NCBI GenBank assembly: GCA_963744145.1
Contig: CAVUSO010000001.1
Location: 960,001 to 1,024,000, forward strand
Length of the DNA: 64,000 bases
Direction of reading: 5' to 3'
Origin: an uncultured cyanobacterium
GTDB taxonomy: Bacteria > Cyanobacteriota > Cyanobacteriia > Cyanobacteriales > CAWUOF01
Shown here one piece after another: positions 19,991 through 30,836 of this stretch. Every line of letters starts with the position of its first letter. Within the stretch, counting starts at the first letter, position 1. Below the pieces are notes generated by a model. It was not told the DNA's origin, did no database searches, and was given only the letters and a program-made list of their open reading frames with translations. The position numbers and the translations under genes are program-made.

Positions 19991-20269
19991 TAGACTTGTC
20001 CGAAATATAATTTATGGTCAAAAAAAAAGTAGGGTAGAACGGTAATTGTAAACACTACTGTTAACCTACCATATTTATACAATATGTTCCATTATTGCTA
20101 TTGGCGTACTTTGGAGTGTATTTGACCTACCTAACCGATCGCGCTCTTTACAGGTAATGAAATCCTCTTGTTAGCGCGAATTTGCGGACCAAATCAATTT
20201 CTTGCAAAATCTTGATGATCGCTACACAGAACAATTAGAATTAAAAACAACCAAAAATGAAATGAGCTA

Positions 20270-20956
20270 ATGGGATCTACTACTGGAATTTCTCTGCCTT
20301 TAACAATTCCTCCTTTAGAAAACGGCGATAAGCTTACCCGTTCTGAATTTAAGCGTCGCTGTCATGCCATGCCAAATTTGAAAAAAGCCGAATTAATTGA
20401 AGGAGTAGTTTATATGGCAGCGGCGTTGCGATACAAAAGTCACGGAGAACCTCATGCTTATATTATGAGTTGGCTGGGAGTTTACAAAGCCGCGACTCCT
20501 GGTGTCGGAATAGCTGACAATACTACAGTTTGCCTTGATGCTGATAATGAACCTCAACCTGATGCACTAATGAGAATTGAAAGGGGGGGACGATCGGGGA
20601 TTACTGAAGATGATTATCTCGAAGGTGCGCCGGAATTAATTGTCGAAATTGCCGCTTCTACTGCTTCTTATGATTTACATGAAAAACTAAAAGTTTATCG
20701 GCGAAATGGTGTACAAGAATATTTAGTATGGCGAGTTTATGATGGCGAATTTGATTGGTTTAGGTTAAATGCCGGAGAATATATTAAATTAGAGCCTGAT
20801 GGTAATGGTATAATTTATTCGCAGGTTTTCCCCGGGTTATGGTTAGATAAAGCAGCTTTGTTAGGGGGAAATTTAGCCAAAGTTTTAGAGGTTGTCCAGC
20901 AGGGATTGGTCAGTGAGGTACATCAAGATTTTGTGCAACAATTGGCTAAGGACTAG
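20270..20956 (+). CDS. Uma2-family putative endonuclease
   Basis: LENGDKL, AELIEGVVYM, EPQPD, APELIVEIA, KLKVYRRNGVQEYLVW. Confidence 0.92.
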   Translation: MGSTTGISLPLTIPPLENGDKLTRSEFKRRCHAMPNLKKAELIEGVVYMAAALRYKSHGEPHAYIMSWLGVYKAATPGVGIADNTTVCLDADNEPQPDALMRIERGGRSGITEDDYLEGAPELIVEIAASTASYDLHEKLKVYRRNGVQEYLVWRVYDGEFDWFRLNAGEYIKLEPDGNGIIYSQVFPGLWLDKAALLGGNLAKVLEVVQQGLVSEVHQDFVQQLAKD

Positions 20957-21032
20957 GTAGGGATTTCCAACGGGACCCTACCCGATCGCTACTGAGATGG
21001 ATTTTGCTAACTTGACAAACTTATCAAATTAA

Positions 21033-22673
21033 TTATTCGATTTTACACCGATCGTGGCAACGTGCATCTAAGCTACAACATAAAGAACAGATTGGACCAT
21101 CGTAAACCGGACAATAGGTCATATCTTCTTGAGCGTATTTATATTCGCAAATACAACAGTTAATGAGACTGGTCTTACTGAAATTACTGAATTGGATGGG
21201 GGGTCTAGCTAGGTAGTATTTACTTTTGGTGATGATGGCAATGATTGGTACTAAAATAAAGGCTAAACTTAAAGCGATAAATGGTGAAAATGCTTGAGCA
21301 ACTTCTCCCATGAAACCAAAAAATGCTAATAGTGATACGCTAAAGGCAATTAGCATTGACCCAAAACCAACTGGGTTGACTTGATAGAGATGACCTCTTT
21401 TAAATTCGATATAGGGGGGACTTAATCCTAAAGGTTTGTTAATGACTAAATCTGCTACTAATGCTCCAATCCATGCGATCGCTCCATTCGCATAAAATGC
21501 TAAAACTTTTGCGAGAGTTTCAAATAATCCAAATTCCATTAATAACAGAGCAATTCCGATATTAAATACTAACCAAATTACTCGTCCCGGATGAGCATGA
21601 GTTAAGCGAGAAAAGAAATTAGACCAAGCTAGTGAACCAGCATAAGCATTGGTGACATTAATTTTAATCTGGGAGATAATGACAAAAAAGGTGGCGATCG
21701 CTAAAACTACACTAGGATCTACAAACATTGCTTGAAATCCAGATAAGTACATCTGGATCGGTTCATTTGCTTTGGTGATATTAATTCCCTGACTAACAAC
21801 TAGAGCTGCTAAAAATGAACCTCCTAACTGTTTAGCTGCACCTAAAATAATCCAACCTGGTCCTGCAATAATTACAGCACTCCACCATTGAAATCGATTT
21901 TTTTCAGTTTGATTGGGCATAAAACGGAGATAATCTACCTGTTCTCCGATTTGAGCAATTAGAGAAAATGATACACTTGCTGCACTGCCAAATAATAGGG
22001 GATCAAAAGCTGCTCCACTGGGAGAATTCCCGGCAAAATTTAGCCAATTAGACCAAGATTCTGGCTCTTTAGATAGGACAAAAATGTAGGGGAGGATCAT
22101 CAAAGTTATCCAGATCGGTTGAGTCCATAATTGTAATTGAGCAATCAGGGTGATCCCAAAAACAACGAGGGGAATAATGATGATTGAGCAAATTATATAG
22201 CCGATCGCTAAAGGTAAATGAAAATACAATTCTAAAGCTTGCGACATAATTGCTGCTTCTAGCGCAAAGAAGATAAATGTAAAAGAAGCATAAATTAAAG
22301 AAGTAATAGTAGAGCCAATATAGCCGAAACCTGCTCCTCTAGTGAGTAAATCCATGTCGATATTATATTTGGCTGCGTAATAGGAAATGGGGATACCAGT
22401 TAAGAAAATTATCACCCCAGCTACTAAAATTCCTCCAATTGCATTCGCTGACCCATAGTTAATTTCTAAGGAACCACCGATCGCTTCTAATGCTAAAAAA
22501 GATATCCCTCCAATTGCCGTATTCGCTACAATAAATGGTGACCACTTTCTGAATGATGGTGGTGCATAGCGTAGAGCATAATCTTCCAGTGTTTCATTGG
22601 CAACCCAAGCATTATAGTCTCTTCTTGAGCGAGTAATCCTTCCCACTTTAGAGCTAATTTCGATTTGCTTCAT
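21033..22673 (-). CDS. Stand-alone purine/cytosine-permease-like (NCS1/SLC5-like) membrane protein with Cys-rich C-terminal tail
   Basis: About 12 hydrophobic segments; RRDYNAWVANETLEDYALRY, IGEQVDYLRF, QIKINVTNAYAGSLAWSNFF; tail CCIC...CP...CSLCCSLDARCHDRC. Confidence 0.8.
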   Translation of the reverse strand: MKQIEISSKVGRITRSRRDYNAWVANETLEDYALRYAPPSFRKWSPFIVANTAIGGISFLALEAIGGSLEINYGSANAIGGILVAGVIIFLTGIPISYYAAKYNIDMDLLTRGAGFGYIGSTITSLIYASFTFIFFALEAAIMSQALELYFHLPLAIGYIICSIIIIPLVVFGITLIAQLQLWTQPIWITLMILPYIFVLSKEPESWSNWLNFAGNSPSGAAFDPLLFGSAASVSFSLIAQIGEQVDYLRFMPNQTEKNRFQWWSAVIIAGPGWIILGAAKQLGGSFLAALVVSQGINITKANEPIQMYLSGFQAMFVDPSVVLAIATFFVIISQIKINVTNAYAGSLAWSNFFSRLTHAHPGRVIWLVFNIGIALLLMEFGLFETLAKVLAFYANGAIAWIGALVADLVINKPLGLSPPYIEFKRGHLYQVNPVGFGSMLIAFSVSLLAFFGFMGEVAQAFSPFIALSLAFILVPIIAIITKSKYYLARPPIQFSNFSKTSLINCCICEYKYAQEDMTYCPVYDGPICSLCCSLDARCHDRCKIE

Positions 22674-22840
22674 AAATTATCACTACCTTCACGATTATTT
22701 CTCTAACACCAAATAAGTAAATTTGGTGATGCTTATTTTTTTTGACATAATAATCTAGATTAATTATTACGGCTCCTTGGTGAAATTACCTAAAAGGATA
22801 GGATTATATTTCTGTACTATACAAAATATCTTAGTAGACT

Positions 22841-22910
22841 AGGATAAAGTTAATCTAGTTTATATTTTGTAGTTTTAGCTACAAAATTAAAAAAAATATT
22901 CATGTATAGT
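22841..22910. promoter_or_regulatory. NtcA box with correctly spaced -10 elements on both strands
   Basis: GTA-GTTTTAGC-TAC at 22869-22882 within TTTTGTAG...CTACAAAA. TATAGT at 22905-22910 (+ strand) and TATCCT at 22846-22841 (- strand) are each 22 nt from the box. Confidence 0.8.
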
Positions 22911-23104
22911 AGTTTAGATGTAAATAATTTGTTTATTTTTACTATTAAAATTATTATGAATTTGAAGCAGAAAAATTTTCTAAATCAGAAAGTTGGTAGC
23001 ATTCCAAGTTGATCAGAAACATTCAAATTGGTGCTATAAAGGAAACTTGGTAAAATTAACCAAGGTTTTTAAACAACTTGAGGAAAAATTAGGAAATCAG
23101 AAAA

Positions 23105-25027
23105 ATGTTGAAGCAAAATATGTCCCATCAAGTAGGTTCACAAGTTGTAATTAGAAAGTTTTTAACTATTTTTTTATTTTTAGCAATTTTGGCAGCAATT
23201 ATTGTCGGGTTATTTTACTATCAAAGTATCAATAGTGCGATCGCTAATTTGATGGTAAAAGAAACTATCTATCCTGTCCAAGAGGTAACTCCCACGGTAG
23301 TCAAACTTAACCAAAATTGGAAAATTGTCTGGCAAATTTCACCAGAACTTTTGCAGACTACATCTGAGAGAATATTAAAACAATTTTTACAAATATATGC
23401 AGGTTTGATCGTCTTCATCGGAATAGGTACTTGGTGGGTTGCATTGTCCGAAATGAGTCGTCAATTATCGGACGTAGAAATCGAACAATCAGCAGCAGAA
23501 ATTCAAGCATTAGGACAACAAGAGAATTTATTTAAACGTCGTTTATCGAGTCAAATTCGTAACTCCCTGGAATTAGATGTAATTCTCCATACCGCAGTAG
23601 CAGAAATTCGGCATTTATTAGAAATAGATTGCTGCAAATTTCTGGAATATAAAACTGATCTTGAAACACCGGAATTTGAATTAAATTATGAAGCTAGTAA
23701 CCAGAGGATACCTAATGCTTGTCCAATCGATTTAATCACAACCACTAAAATCTTAGGACAAGCAATATTAGAATTTAATTTATTACCGAGAAACTCAATT
23801 GATGAAAAAACCTGTAATTTAATTCGGATTAATAATGTTACCACCACTCAGAAAATTAATGATCAAGTTAGGGAACTGCTGACTTCCTTGGGAATTTTAT
23901 CCTTATTAGCAGTATCAATTCGCACCAATTCAGGACGAATGGGTGTAATTGTTTGTGAACAGATCAAAGGATTTCATTATTGGAGCGATGATGAAGTAGA
24001 ATTATTACAAGCGATCGCCGATCAAGTAGCGATCGCGATTGAGCAAGCTGAATTATACCATAAAAGTCGCGTTGCAGCAAGTATTGCTACAGCTCAAGCT
24101 GAACAACTAAGTAAAGCGCTAAGAGAATTACAGCAAACTCAAGCACAGCTAATCCAAACCGAAAAAATGTCAAGTTTAGGACAGTTAGTAGCAGGAGTTG
24201 CCCATGAGATTAATAATCCAGTAAACTTCATTTATGGTAACATTGCCCATGCTAGTAGCTATACCCAAGATTTATTAAACTTAGTGCTGCTATATCAAAA
24301 ATACTATCCCGATCCAGTGGGAGAAATTTCAGATTGGGGTGAGCAGATTGATCTGGAATTTTTGATGGAAGATTTGCCAAAAATGCTCAACTCAATGAAA
24401 GTTGGTGCTGACCGGATTCGTCAAATAGTTTTAACCTTGCGGAACTTCTCCCGACTCGACGAATCAGAAATGAAACCAGTCAGTATTCATGAGGGGATTG
24501 ATAGCACTCTATTAATTTTACAGCATCGACTGAAAAATAAACCAGAGCAAGGTGGGATTAAAATCGTTAAACAATATGGAGATTTACCACAAGTAGAATG
24601 CTATGCTGGACAACTAAACCAGGTATTTATGAATATTATCGCTAATGCGATCGACGCCTTAGAAGAATATAACTCCAAGCGATCGCCATTAGAAATTCAG
24701 CAAAATCCTAGCCAGATTACAATTCAGACCGAAACCATACATTCTACCCATGTCATCATTAAAATCATCGACAATGGACCAGGAATGTCAGCCGCAGTCA
24801 AATCACGGTTATTTGATCCTTTCTTTACCACCAAACCAGTAGGAACAGGAACAGGATTAGGATTATCAATCTGTTATCAAATAGTAGTAGAAAAACACGG
24901 GGGATCGCTCTGGTGTGTATCTGAACCCGAACAAGGTACAGAATTTTGGATAGAAATTCCGGTGAAACAAAATAATCACTATTTGCTCAAAGAAAAGACT
25001 AATCAAGTCGAATTAGTATCTTATTAA
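23105..25027 (+). CDS. Membrane-bound GAF sensor histidine kinase
   Basis: Two TM helices; GAF domain (IRNSLELDVIL...WSDDEVELLQAIADQVAIAIEQAELY); GVAHEINNP H-box; LNQVFMNIIANAIDA; FFTTKPVGTGTGLGL. Confidence 0.92.
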   Translation: MLKQNMSHQVGSQVVIRKFLTIFLFLAILAAIIVGLFYYQSINSAIANLMVKETIYPVQEVTPTVVKLNQNWKIVWQISPELLQTTSERILKQFLQIYAGLIVFIGIGTWWVALSEMSRQLSDVEIEQSAAEIQALGQQENLFKRRLSSQIRNSLELDVILHTAVAEIRHLLEIDCCKFLEYKTDLETPEFELNYEASNQRIPNACPIDLITTTKILGQAILEFNLLPRNSIDEKTCNLIRINNVTTTQKINDQVRELLTSLGILSLLAVSIRTNSGRMGVIVCEQIKGFHYWSDDEVELLQAIADQVAIAIEQAELYHKSRVAASIATAQAEQLSKALRELQQTQAQLIQTEKMSSLGQLVAGVAHEINNPVNFIYGNIAHASSYTQDLLNLVLLYQKYYPDPVGEISDWGEQIDLEFLMEDLPKMLNSMKVGADRIRQIVLTLRNFSRLDESEMKPVSIHEGIDSTLLILQHRLKNKPEQGGIKIVKQYGDLPQVECYAGQLNQVFMNIIANAIDALEEYNSKRSPLEIQQNPSQITIQTETIHSTHVIIKIIDNGPGMSAAVKSRLFDPFFTTKPVGTGTGLGLSICYQIVVEKHGGSLWCVSEPEQGTEFWIEIPVKQNNHYLLKEKTNQVELVSY

Positions 25028-25248
25028 ATCAGTTAATTTTCCATCTGGTTGATTGCACCCCTGCTGCCAGTTTAACAGCGATCGCGTTAGTTGTAAACGG
25101 CAAGTACACCCTTTAGTATTACGGTTGTTACCACTAGATTAGCCAGAGCAAATCGGGATAGAGTAATTTTATCTAACCTAAATAAAAAATTATCTTCGGG
25201 TGATCCTGATCAGCCCAAATTTAAACACCTCTCAAGAGATGAAACTCC

Positions 25249-27738
25249 ATGTTTGAACACTTTACAGACAAAGCGATTAAAGCAATCATGCTCGCTCAGG
25301 AAGAAGTTCGTCGTCTAGGTCATAACCTAGTTGGTAGTGAGTTTCTGCTCCTGGGACTAATCTCAGTAGGAACCGGTATCACCACCGAAGTGTTGACAAA
25401 AATGGGTGTGACTCTCAAACAAGCAAGAGTGGAAGTCGAAAAAATTGTTGGTCGAGGTCCAGGAAATATCCCATCCCATATTCCTTTTACCCCCAAAGTT
25501 AAGCGCGTATTTGAGCTAGCTTATGGACAAGCTCGTCAATTTGGGTCGAAACAAATTGCTCCGGAACATCTTCTATTAGGGTTAACTAGCGATGGAGAAG
25601 GTATTGCAGTTAAAGTGCTAGAAAATTTAGGAGTTGATTTAGCACAAGTTCGGACCCAAATTCTTGACCTAATTCAAGATCAGGGTAAAGTTGGGGTTAG
25701 TCTTCAGGGAGACTTGTTTACGAGTGAAGGTTCGACCGCTCAGACAGAGACATTAGCAGAATTTAGCATCAATTGGACGAAAATGGCAGCCGCAGGTAAA
25801 CTCGATCCAGTGGTTGGTCGTCAACCAGAGATTGAAAGAGTAATCCAGATTTTAGGACGTCGGACTAAAAGTAATCCTGTATTGATTGGAGAACCAGGAG
25901 TTGGAAAAACAGCGATCGCTGAAGGTTTAGCCCAACGGATTATTAACCAAGATGTACCAGAGCTACTAATTGATAAACAAGTAATAGCACTAGATTTGGG
26001 ATTACTGATTGCCGGAACTCGTTACCGAGGAGAATTTGAAGAACGTCTGAAAACAATCATCAATGAAGTTCGCAATGCTGGTAATATTATCCTGGTTATT
26101 GATGAACTTCATACTCTCATTGGTAGTGGTTCACTTCAAGGTGGTTTAGATGCGGCTAATCTGCTCAAACCAGCTTTAGCAAGAGGGGAATTGCAGTGTA
26201 TTGGTGCAACTACCCTAGATGAATACCGCAAATATATTGAACGTGATGCAGCTTTAGAACGACGTTTTCAACCAGTGATGATTGGTGAACCGACAGTAAC
26301 CGAGACAATTGAGATTTTGTCTATTTTGCGGGAACGTTATGAACAACATCACCAAGTGATCTTCTCTATTGAAGCACTAGAAGCAGCAGCGAAACTGTCC
26401 GATCGTTATATTTCCGATCGCTATCTACCAGATAAAGCAATTGATTTAATGGATGAAGCAGGTTCGCGGGTAAGTTTGCGTAATCCTACTCCCATTGGTG
26501 ATCAATCACTCAAACGAGAATTGCGTCAGATCACTAGAGCAAAAGAAGATGCAATTAAAGCTCAGGATTTTGCCCAAGCTAGAAAATTACGCGATCGCGA
26601 ACTCCAAATTGCTGCGGATTTGTATGCGAACACAGGGGATCAAAATTTAACACCTGAGCATTTCCCTAAGTCTCCAATTGTCAATGAAGAAGACATTGCT
26701 CAAATTTTGGCTAGTTGGACAGGAGTACCTGTTCATAAAATTACTGAATCAGAATCAGAAATGCTGTTGCATTTAGAAGATACTTTACATCAGCGTTTAA
26801 TTGGTCAAGATGAAGCAGTCACAGCAGTTGCTCGGGCAATTCGTCGGGCAAGAGTAGGATTAAAAAGTCCTCATCGTCCGATCGCTAGTTTAATTTTTTC
26901 TGGACCGACAGGTGTGGGAAAAACAGAATTAGCCAAAGCATTAGCTTCCTATTTCTTTGGTTCAGAAGATACCATGATTCGACTCGATATGTCGGAATAT
27001 ATGGAAAGTCATACTATATCTAAGTTAATTGGTTCTCCTCCTGGTTATATTGGCTATGATGAAGGTGGTCAACTGACTGAATCTGTCCGTCGCAAACCTT
27101 ATAGTGTGGTGCTATTTGACGAAATTGAAAAAGCTCACCCTGATATCTTTAATTTGTTACTCCAAATTTTAGATGATGGTCGTTTGACTGATGCTCACGG
27201 TCGGACAATTGATTTTAAAAATACCTTGTTGATTATGACCTCTAACATTGGTTCTCAAGTAATTGCTCAAGGTGGTAGTAGACTGGGATTTGAGGATTTG
27301 GATCAATCTGATTCTCGTTATCATCACATCCAGCAACAAGTCAATGATGAACTAAAACAACATTTCCGACCCGAATTTCTGAATCGTCTAGATGAGATAA
27401 TTGTCTTTCGTCCATTAACGAAGGATGAGATTAAGCAAATTGCTGATCTGATGATTCATGAAGTTGCTCATCGGTTAACGGAGCAGGGAATTCAACTAGA
27501 GGTAACCGCAAGATTTAAGGAACGAGTAGCGATGGTCGGTTACAATCATCGATATGGAGCGCGATCGCTACGTCGGACTATTACCCGACTCTTAGAAGAT
27601 AGTTTATCTGAAGCTATTCTATCTGGTCAGATTCATAATGGACATACTGCAATAATTGATGTTGATGATGATGGTGAGATCAAAATATTGTCAAATCATC
27701 TGCAAGATTTAATGTTACCATCCCTGATATCAAGTTGA
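25249..27738 (+). CDS. clpC: ATP-dependent Clp protease ATP-binding subunit, ClpC-type (likely a second paralog)
   Basis: Clp N-terminal repeats; Walker A GEPGVGKT and [11 protein letters not shown]-like middle domain; LGFE loop; [11 protein letters not shown]. Confidence 0.9.
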   Translation: MFEHFTDKAIKAIMLAQEEVRRLGHNLVGSEFLLLGLISVGTGITTEVLTKMGVTLKQARVEVEKIVGRGPGNIPSHIPFTPKVKRVFELAYGQARQFGSKQIAPEHLLLGLTSDGEGIAVKVLENLGVDLAQVRTQILDLIQDQGKVGVSLQGDLFTSEGSTAQTETLAEFSINWTKMAAAGKLDPVVGRQPEIERVIQILGRRTKSNPVLIGEPGVGKTAIAEGLAQRIINQDVPELLIDKQVIALDLGLLIAGTRYRGEFEERLKTIINEVRNAGNIILVIDELHTLIGSGSLQGGLDAANLLKPALARGELQCIGATTLDEYRKYIERDAALERRFQPVMIGEPTVTETIEILSILRERYEQHHQVIFSIEALEAAAKLSDRYISDRYLPDKAIDLMDEAGSRVSLRNPTPIGDQSLKRELRQITRAKEDAIKAQDFAQARKLRDRELQIAADLYANTGDQNLTPEHFPKSPIVNEEDIAQILASWTGVPVHKITESESEMLLHLEDTLHQRLIGQDEAVTAVARAIRRARVGLKSPHRPIASLIFSGPTGVGKTELAKALASYFFGSEDTMIRLDMSEYMESHTISKLIGSPPGYIGYDEGGQLTESVRRKPYSVVLFDEIEKAHPDIFNLLLQILDDGRLTDAHGRTIDFKNTLLIMTSNIGSQVIAQGGSRLGFEDLDQSDSRYHHIQQQVNDELKQHFRPEFLNRLDEIIVFRPLTKDEIKQIADLMIHEVAHRLTEQGIQLEVTARFKERVAMVGYNHRYGARSLRRTITRLLEDSLSEAILSGQIHNGHTAIIDVDDDGEIKILSNHLQDLMLPSLISS

Positions 27739-27790
27739 TGATTAAGCTCGGAAAAGAGTAGATTCTATTTCCTACTTTTTCATCTCGGTG

Positions 27791-27889
27791 CAGAAGAAGG
27801 GTTTACCCTGAGCGTAGTCGAAGGGTGAAGTTTAATTTTTCAATTATCGCTAAACATGCTTCACCCCTACACTTAACTGAACCGGATTG
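27791..27889. repeat. Partial MITE-like / small dispersed repeat
   Basis: Shares CAGAAGAAGGG and CGCTAAACATGCTT.ACCCCTACACTTAACTGAACCG.ATTG with the element at 40030-40165. Contains CCCTGAGCGTAGTCGAAGGG, which has an imperfect inverted copy near 35372. Confidence 0.7.
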
Positions 27890-27924
27890 AATTAAAGCAT
27901 TAAATTAGATTCAGAACGATCGCC

Positions 27925-29478
27925 TTAATAATGTTTGAGTAAACTAGCTAACAAAAATCCAATGATCACTCCAGAACCATGTCCGATCGCACTGACATTG
28001 GGAGTAATTAGATCAAAAAATACTTGTAAAATAATAATCGATAAAATTACCTGAAACCGCTGGGAAGCAATCCGAGATTTTTCCCTTCTCCACCCACGTA
28101 ATAATATTGCTCCCATCGCTCCAATAATTCCCATAATCGCTCCCGATGCACCGACGACAAAATCTGCTTGAGAATAACCAGCTACCGTCATTATAGCTAC
28201 TACCAACATCGAGCCAATTCCTGTCGTCAAATAGAGCAAAATATATTGCGGTCTTCTTAAAGCAAACTCGACAAAAGGACCTAAATAATAAAGAGCTAAC
28301 ATATTCATCAACAGATGGAGCCAGCCAAAATGTAAAAAAGTAGCAGTAATTAATCTCCACCAAGCACCATGAATAGTTTCTTCAGGAATTAAGGCACCCA
28401 ACTGATATAAACTATCAGGATTTTCTGCACCTCCACAGGCAATTTCTAAACCAAATACTAGGCAATTTAAACCAATAATTCCATAAGTAATGATTGGGTT
28501 TTTTTGTTGGAAATCTAGTCTTACACTGTAGCGAGCTTCCTGTTCCAATTCATTGATTAATCTCCCTAAAATCTGACGAGATGATTCAGTGAGCATCAGA
28601 TCTGGATTAATTTGGGCTTGGGATAAACGTCTAGCGATCGCTTGACGTAACCGAAAATCACCGCGATCGCGCATCATTAAGAGTTGTTCTCTTGCTCGAG
28701 TGGAATTACCCGCAGCAATTTCGGCTGTTGCTAACCAAAAATCCCGGACATCCTGGGGATAAATTGATAATGGACCATGCAAAAGTTTAGCAACTGGTTC
28801 TGGTTGTCCGCAAAATGCAAAAACAAATAAACGGATTAAATTCCACAAATTGAGGTTAGTTTCCAGCACTTTAGTGGAGCGATCGCACATTTGGAGTAAA
28901 CTATTAAAATCACCTGTTTCTCCTAGCGATCGCAAGTAATAACAGAGCAAATGTGCATCTTTGAGTAATATCGCTTCGGTAATATTTAATCGCATCCACT
29001 CCAACAACTCTTCCCAACGAGCATCGAGCTGATATAATGTGATTGTGGCTTCTCGTCCAATCCATGTATTGGCAGTTTTATAGCGGTTTAAAATTGTTGT
29101 CGCTGCTACTAGATCTCCGCGCTGTCCTAATTCCAATGCTCTCAACAATTCCGGTTGTTCACGCCAACCATCAGCAGGGTGTATCCATTTTAGCAACATT
29201 GCTAGTCTGCGGGCTTGACCATATTTTTGTCTGGCAATCAATTGGTTAACTTGTTTGAACCCAAACAAAGGGACTAAAATCAGTATCCCCCATAGACATC
29301 CCCCAATTAAACCACTTATGGTTGGTGCCAACAAATAGATAATTCCGGTGATGATCAAAATTAATCCTGAGATTGTCATCCAACCACCACTTTGATGGAT
29401 TGGCAAACGCCGTCCATAAATTATGATAGAAATACATGATACAGCAACCATCCAGAGTAAAAAATGATTTAGATCCAT
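27925..29478 (-). CDS. Rhomboid-family intramembrane serine protease with N-terminal extension
   Basis: WWRLITATFLHFGWLHLLMNM, VGASGAIMG (catalytic Ser), SAIGHGSG (catalytic His). Confidence 0.92.
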   Translation of the reverse strand: MDLNHFLLWMVAVSCISIIIYGRRLPIHQSGGWMTISGLILIITGIIYLLAPTISGLIGGCLWGILILVPLFGFKQVNQLIARQKYGQARRLAMLLKWIHPADGWREQPELLRALELGQRGDLVAATTILNRYKTANTWIGREATITLYQLDARWEELLEWMRLNITEAILLKDAHLLCYYLRSLGETGDFNSLLQMCDRSTKVLETNLNLWNLIRLFVFAFCGQPEPVAKLLHGPLSIYPQDVRDFWLATAEIAAGNSTRAREQLLMMRDRGDFRLRQAIARRLSQAQINPDLMLTESSRQILGRLINELEQEARYSVRLDFQQKNPIITYGIIGLNCLVFGLEIACGGAENPDSLYQLGALIPEETIHGAWWRLITATFLHFGWLHLLMNMLALYYLGPFVEFALRRPQYILLYLTTGIGSMLVVAIMTVAGYSQADFVVGASGAIMGIIGAMGAILLRGWRREKSRIASQRFQVILSIIILQVFFDLITPNVSAIGHGSGVIIGFLLASLLKHY

Positions 29479-29528
29479 AATTTAATGAGCAATATCTGCA
29501 CTAGACTTAGGGAAATAATCGGGAAAAC

Positions 29529-30797
29529 TTGATGTCTAACCAAAACTCTAATTTTAAACCCAAACACATTGTTTTAACCTCCCATCCCTCTAATTTTGGC
29601 CCGAAACCAATTCCTATTCATTGGGGAGAAAAAGATCCCATCAAACGCGGACCAATTATCGCTACTCACACGAATCCTGCTCAACGTAATGTGATTGGTA
29701 CTCACTCTGGATCTTACGCTATTTATCGGGCTTTAGCTATAGCGAGGGGAAAATTACAAGCAAATCATCGTGCGGATCTAACCAATACTGCTCCAGCAGA
29801 ACATATTGGTCCTCACCCCAGTTGGTTTGACCCGAAAAAAATTATTGCCCTTGACCCATTTGGAGCATTAGTAGGGGAAATTTATCAGGAATTTTATACC
29901 CAAGGATATGATATTCGCCCGACAATTGCAATTACTAAAGCACATATTAATATGCCCGAATTGCAACAAGCGGTGAGTGAAGGTAGGTTGCAAATTGATG
30001 GCAAAATCATGAAAGATGGTGGCGATTTAGTTGTGACTAAGGCTGCAATTGAACCAGTTTGGTATTTACCAGGAATCGCGCAACGTTTTGAAGTAGTAGA
30101 AAGTGATTTACGTCGGACTTTATTTGAAGAAACCGGAGGAATGTTTCCCGAATTAGTCACCCGTTCAGATTTAGAAGTTTTTTTACCACCGATTGGAGGT
30201 TTAACTGTATATATTTTTGGCGATATTAGCGCGATTACTGACCCAGATAAACCAGTAGCTGTCCGTGTACATGATGAGTGTAATGGTTCGGATGTATTTG
30301 GTTCAGATATTTGTACTTGTCGTCCCTATTTAGTGCATGGAATTGAAGTTTGTGTGCAAACAGCACAAGCTGGAGGTGCAGGGGTAATTGTTTATTTTCG
30401 GAAAGAAGGAAGAGCTTTAGGAGAGGTGACGAAGTTTTTAGTTTATAATGCTCGCAAGCGTCAAGAAGGTGGCGATCGCGCTGACTCCTATTTTAATCGC
30501 ACCGAATGTGTTGCAGGAGTTCAAGATATGCGCTTTCAAGAATTAATGCCAGATGTGCTACATTGGCTAGGAATTAGCAAAATTGACTATCTAGTTTCCA
30601 TGAGCAATATGAAATATAATGCGATCGTGGAATCTGGAATAGAAGTCGGACAAAGAGTAGCAATTCCTGAGGAATTAATTCCTCCTGATGCTCAAGTGGA
30701 AATTATGGCAAAAAAAGCAGCAGGTTACTATAATGAAGGAGAGCTACCAGATGCAATCCTGTTGGCTCAAACTCAGGGAAGAGGGTTAGTAGATTAG
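29529..30797 (+). CDS. GTP cyclohydrolase II-like protein, URC1/Urg1 type
   Basis: N-terminal extension RNVIGTHSGSYAIYRALA; RVHDECNGSDVFGSDICTCRPYL; RKEGRALG. Adjacent to URC4-like gene and upp. Confidence 0.9.
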   Translation: MMSNQNSNFKPKHIVLTSHPSNFGPKPIPIHWGEKDPIKRGPIIATHTNPAQRNVIGTHSGSYAIYRALAIARGKLQANHRADLTNTAPAEHIGPHPSWFDPKKIIALDPFGALVGEIYQEFYTQGYDIRPTIAITKAHINMPELQQAVSEGRLQIDGKIMKDGGDLVVTKAAIEPVWYLPGIAQRFEVVESDLRRTLFEETGGMFPELVTRSDLEVFLPPIGGLTVYIFGDISAITDPDKPVAVRVHDECNGSDVFGSDICTCRPYLVHGIEVCVQTAQAGGAGVIVYFRKEGRALGEVTKFLVYNARKRQEGGDRADSYFNRTECVAGVQDMRFQELMPDVLHWLGISKIDYLVSMSNMKYNAIVESGIEVGQRVAIPEELIPPDAQVEIMAKKAAGYYNEGELPDAILLAQTQGRGLVD

Positions 30798-30836
30798 CAA
30801 GAACCAATTAATCTTAATCAATCTAGGGGAGTAATT

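Noticed and set aside
25093-25131. GTA...TAC motifs upstream of clpC as NtcA boxes
   Set aside because: Spacers are 9 and 10 nt, not 8.
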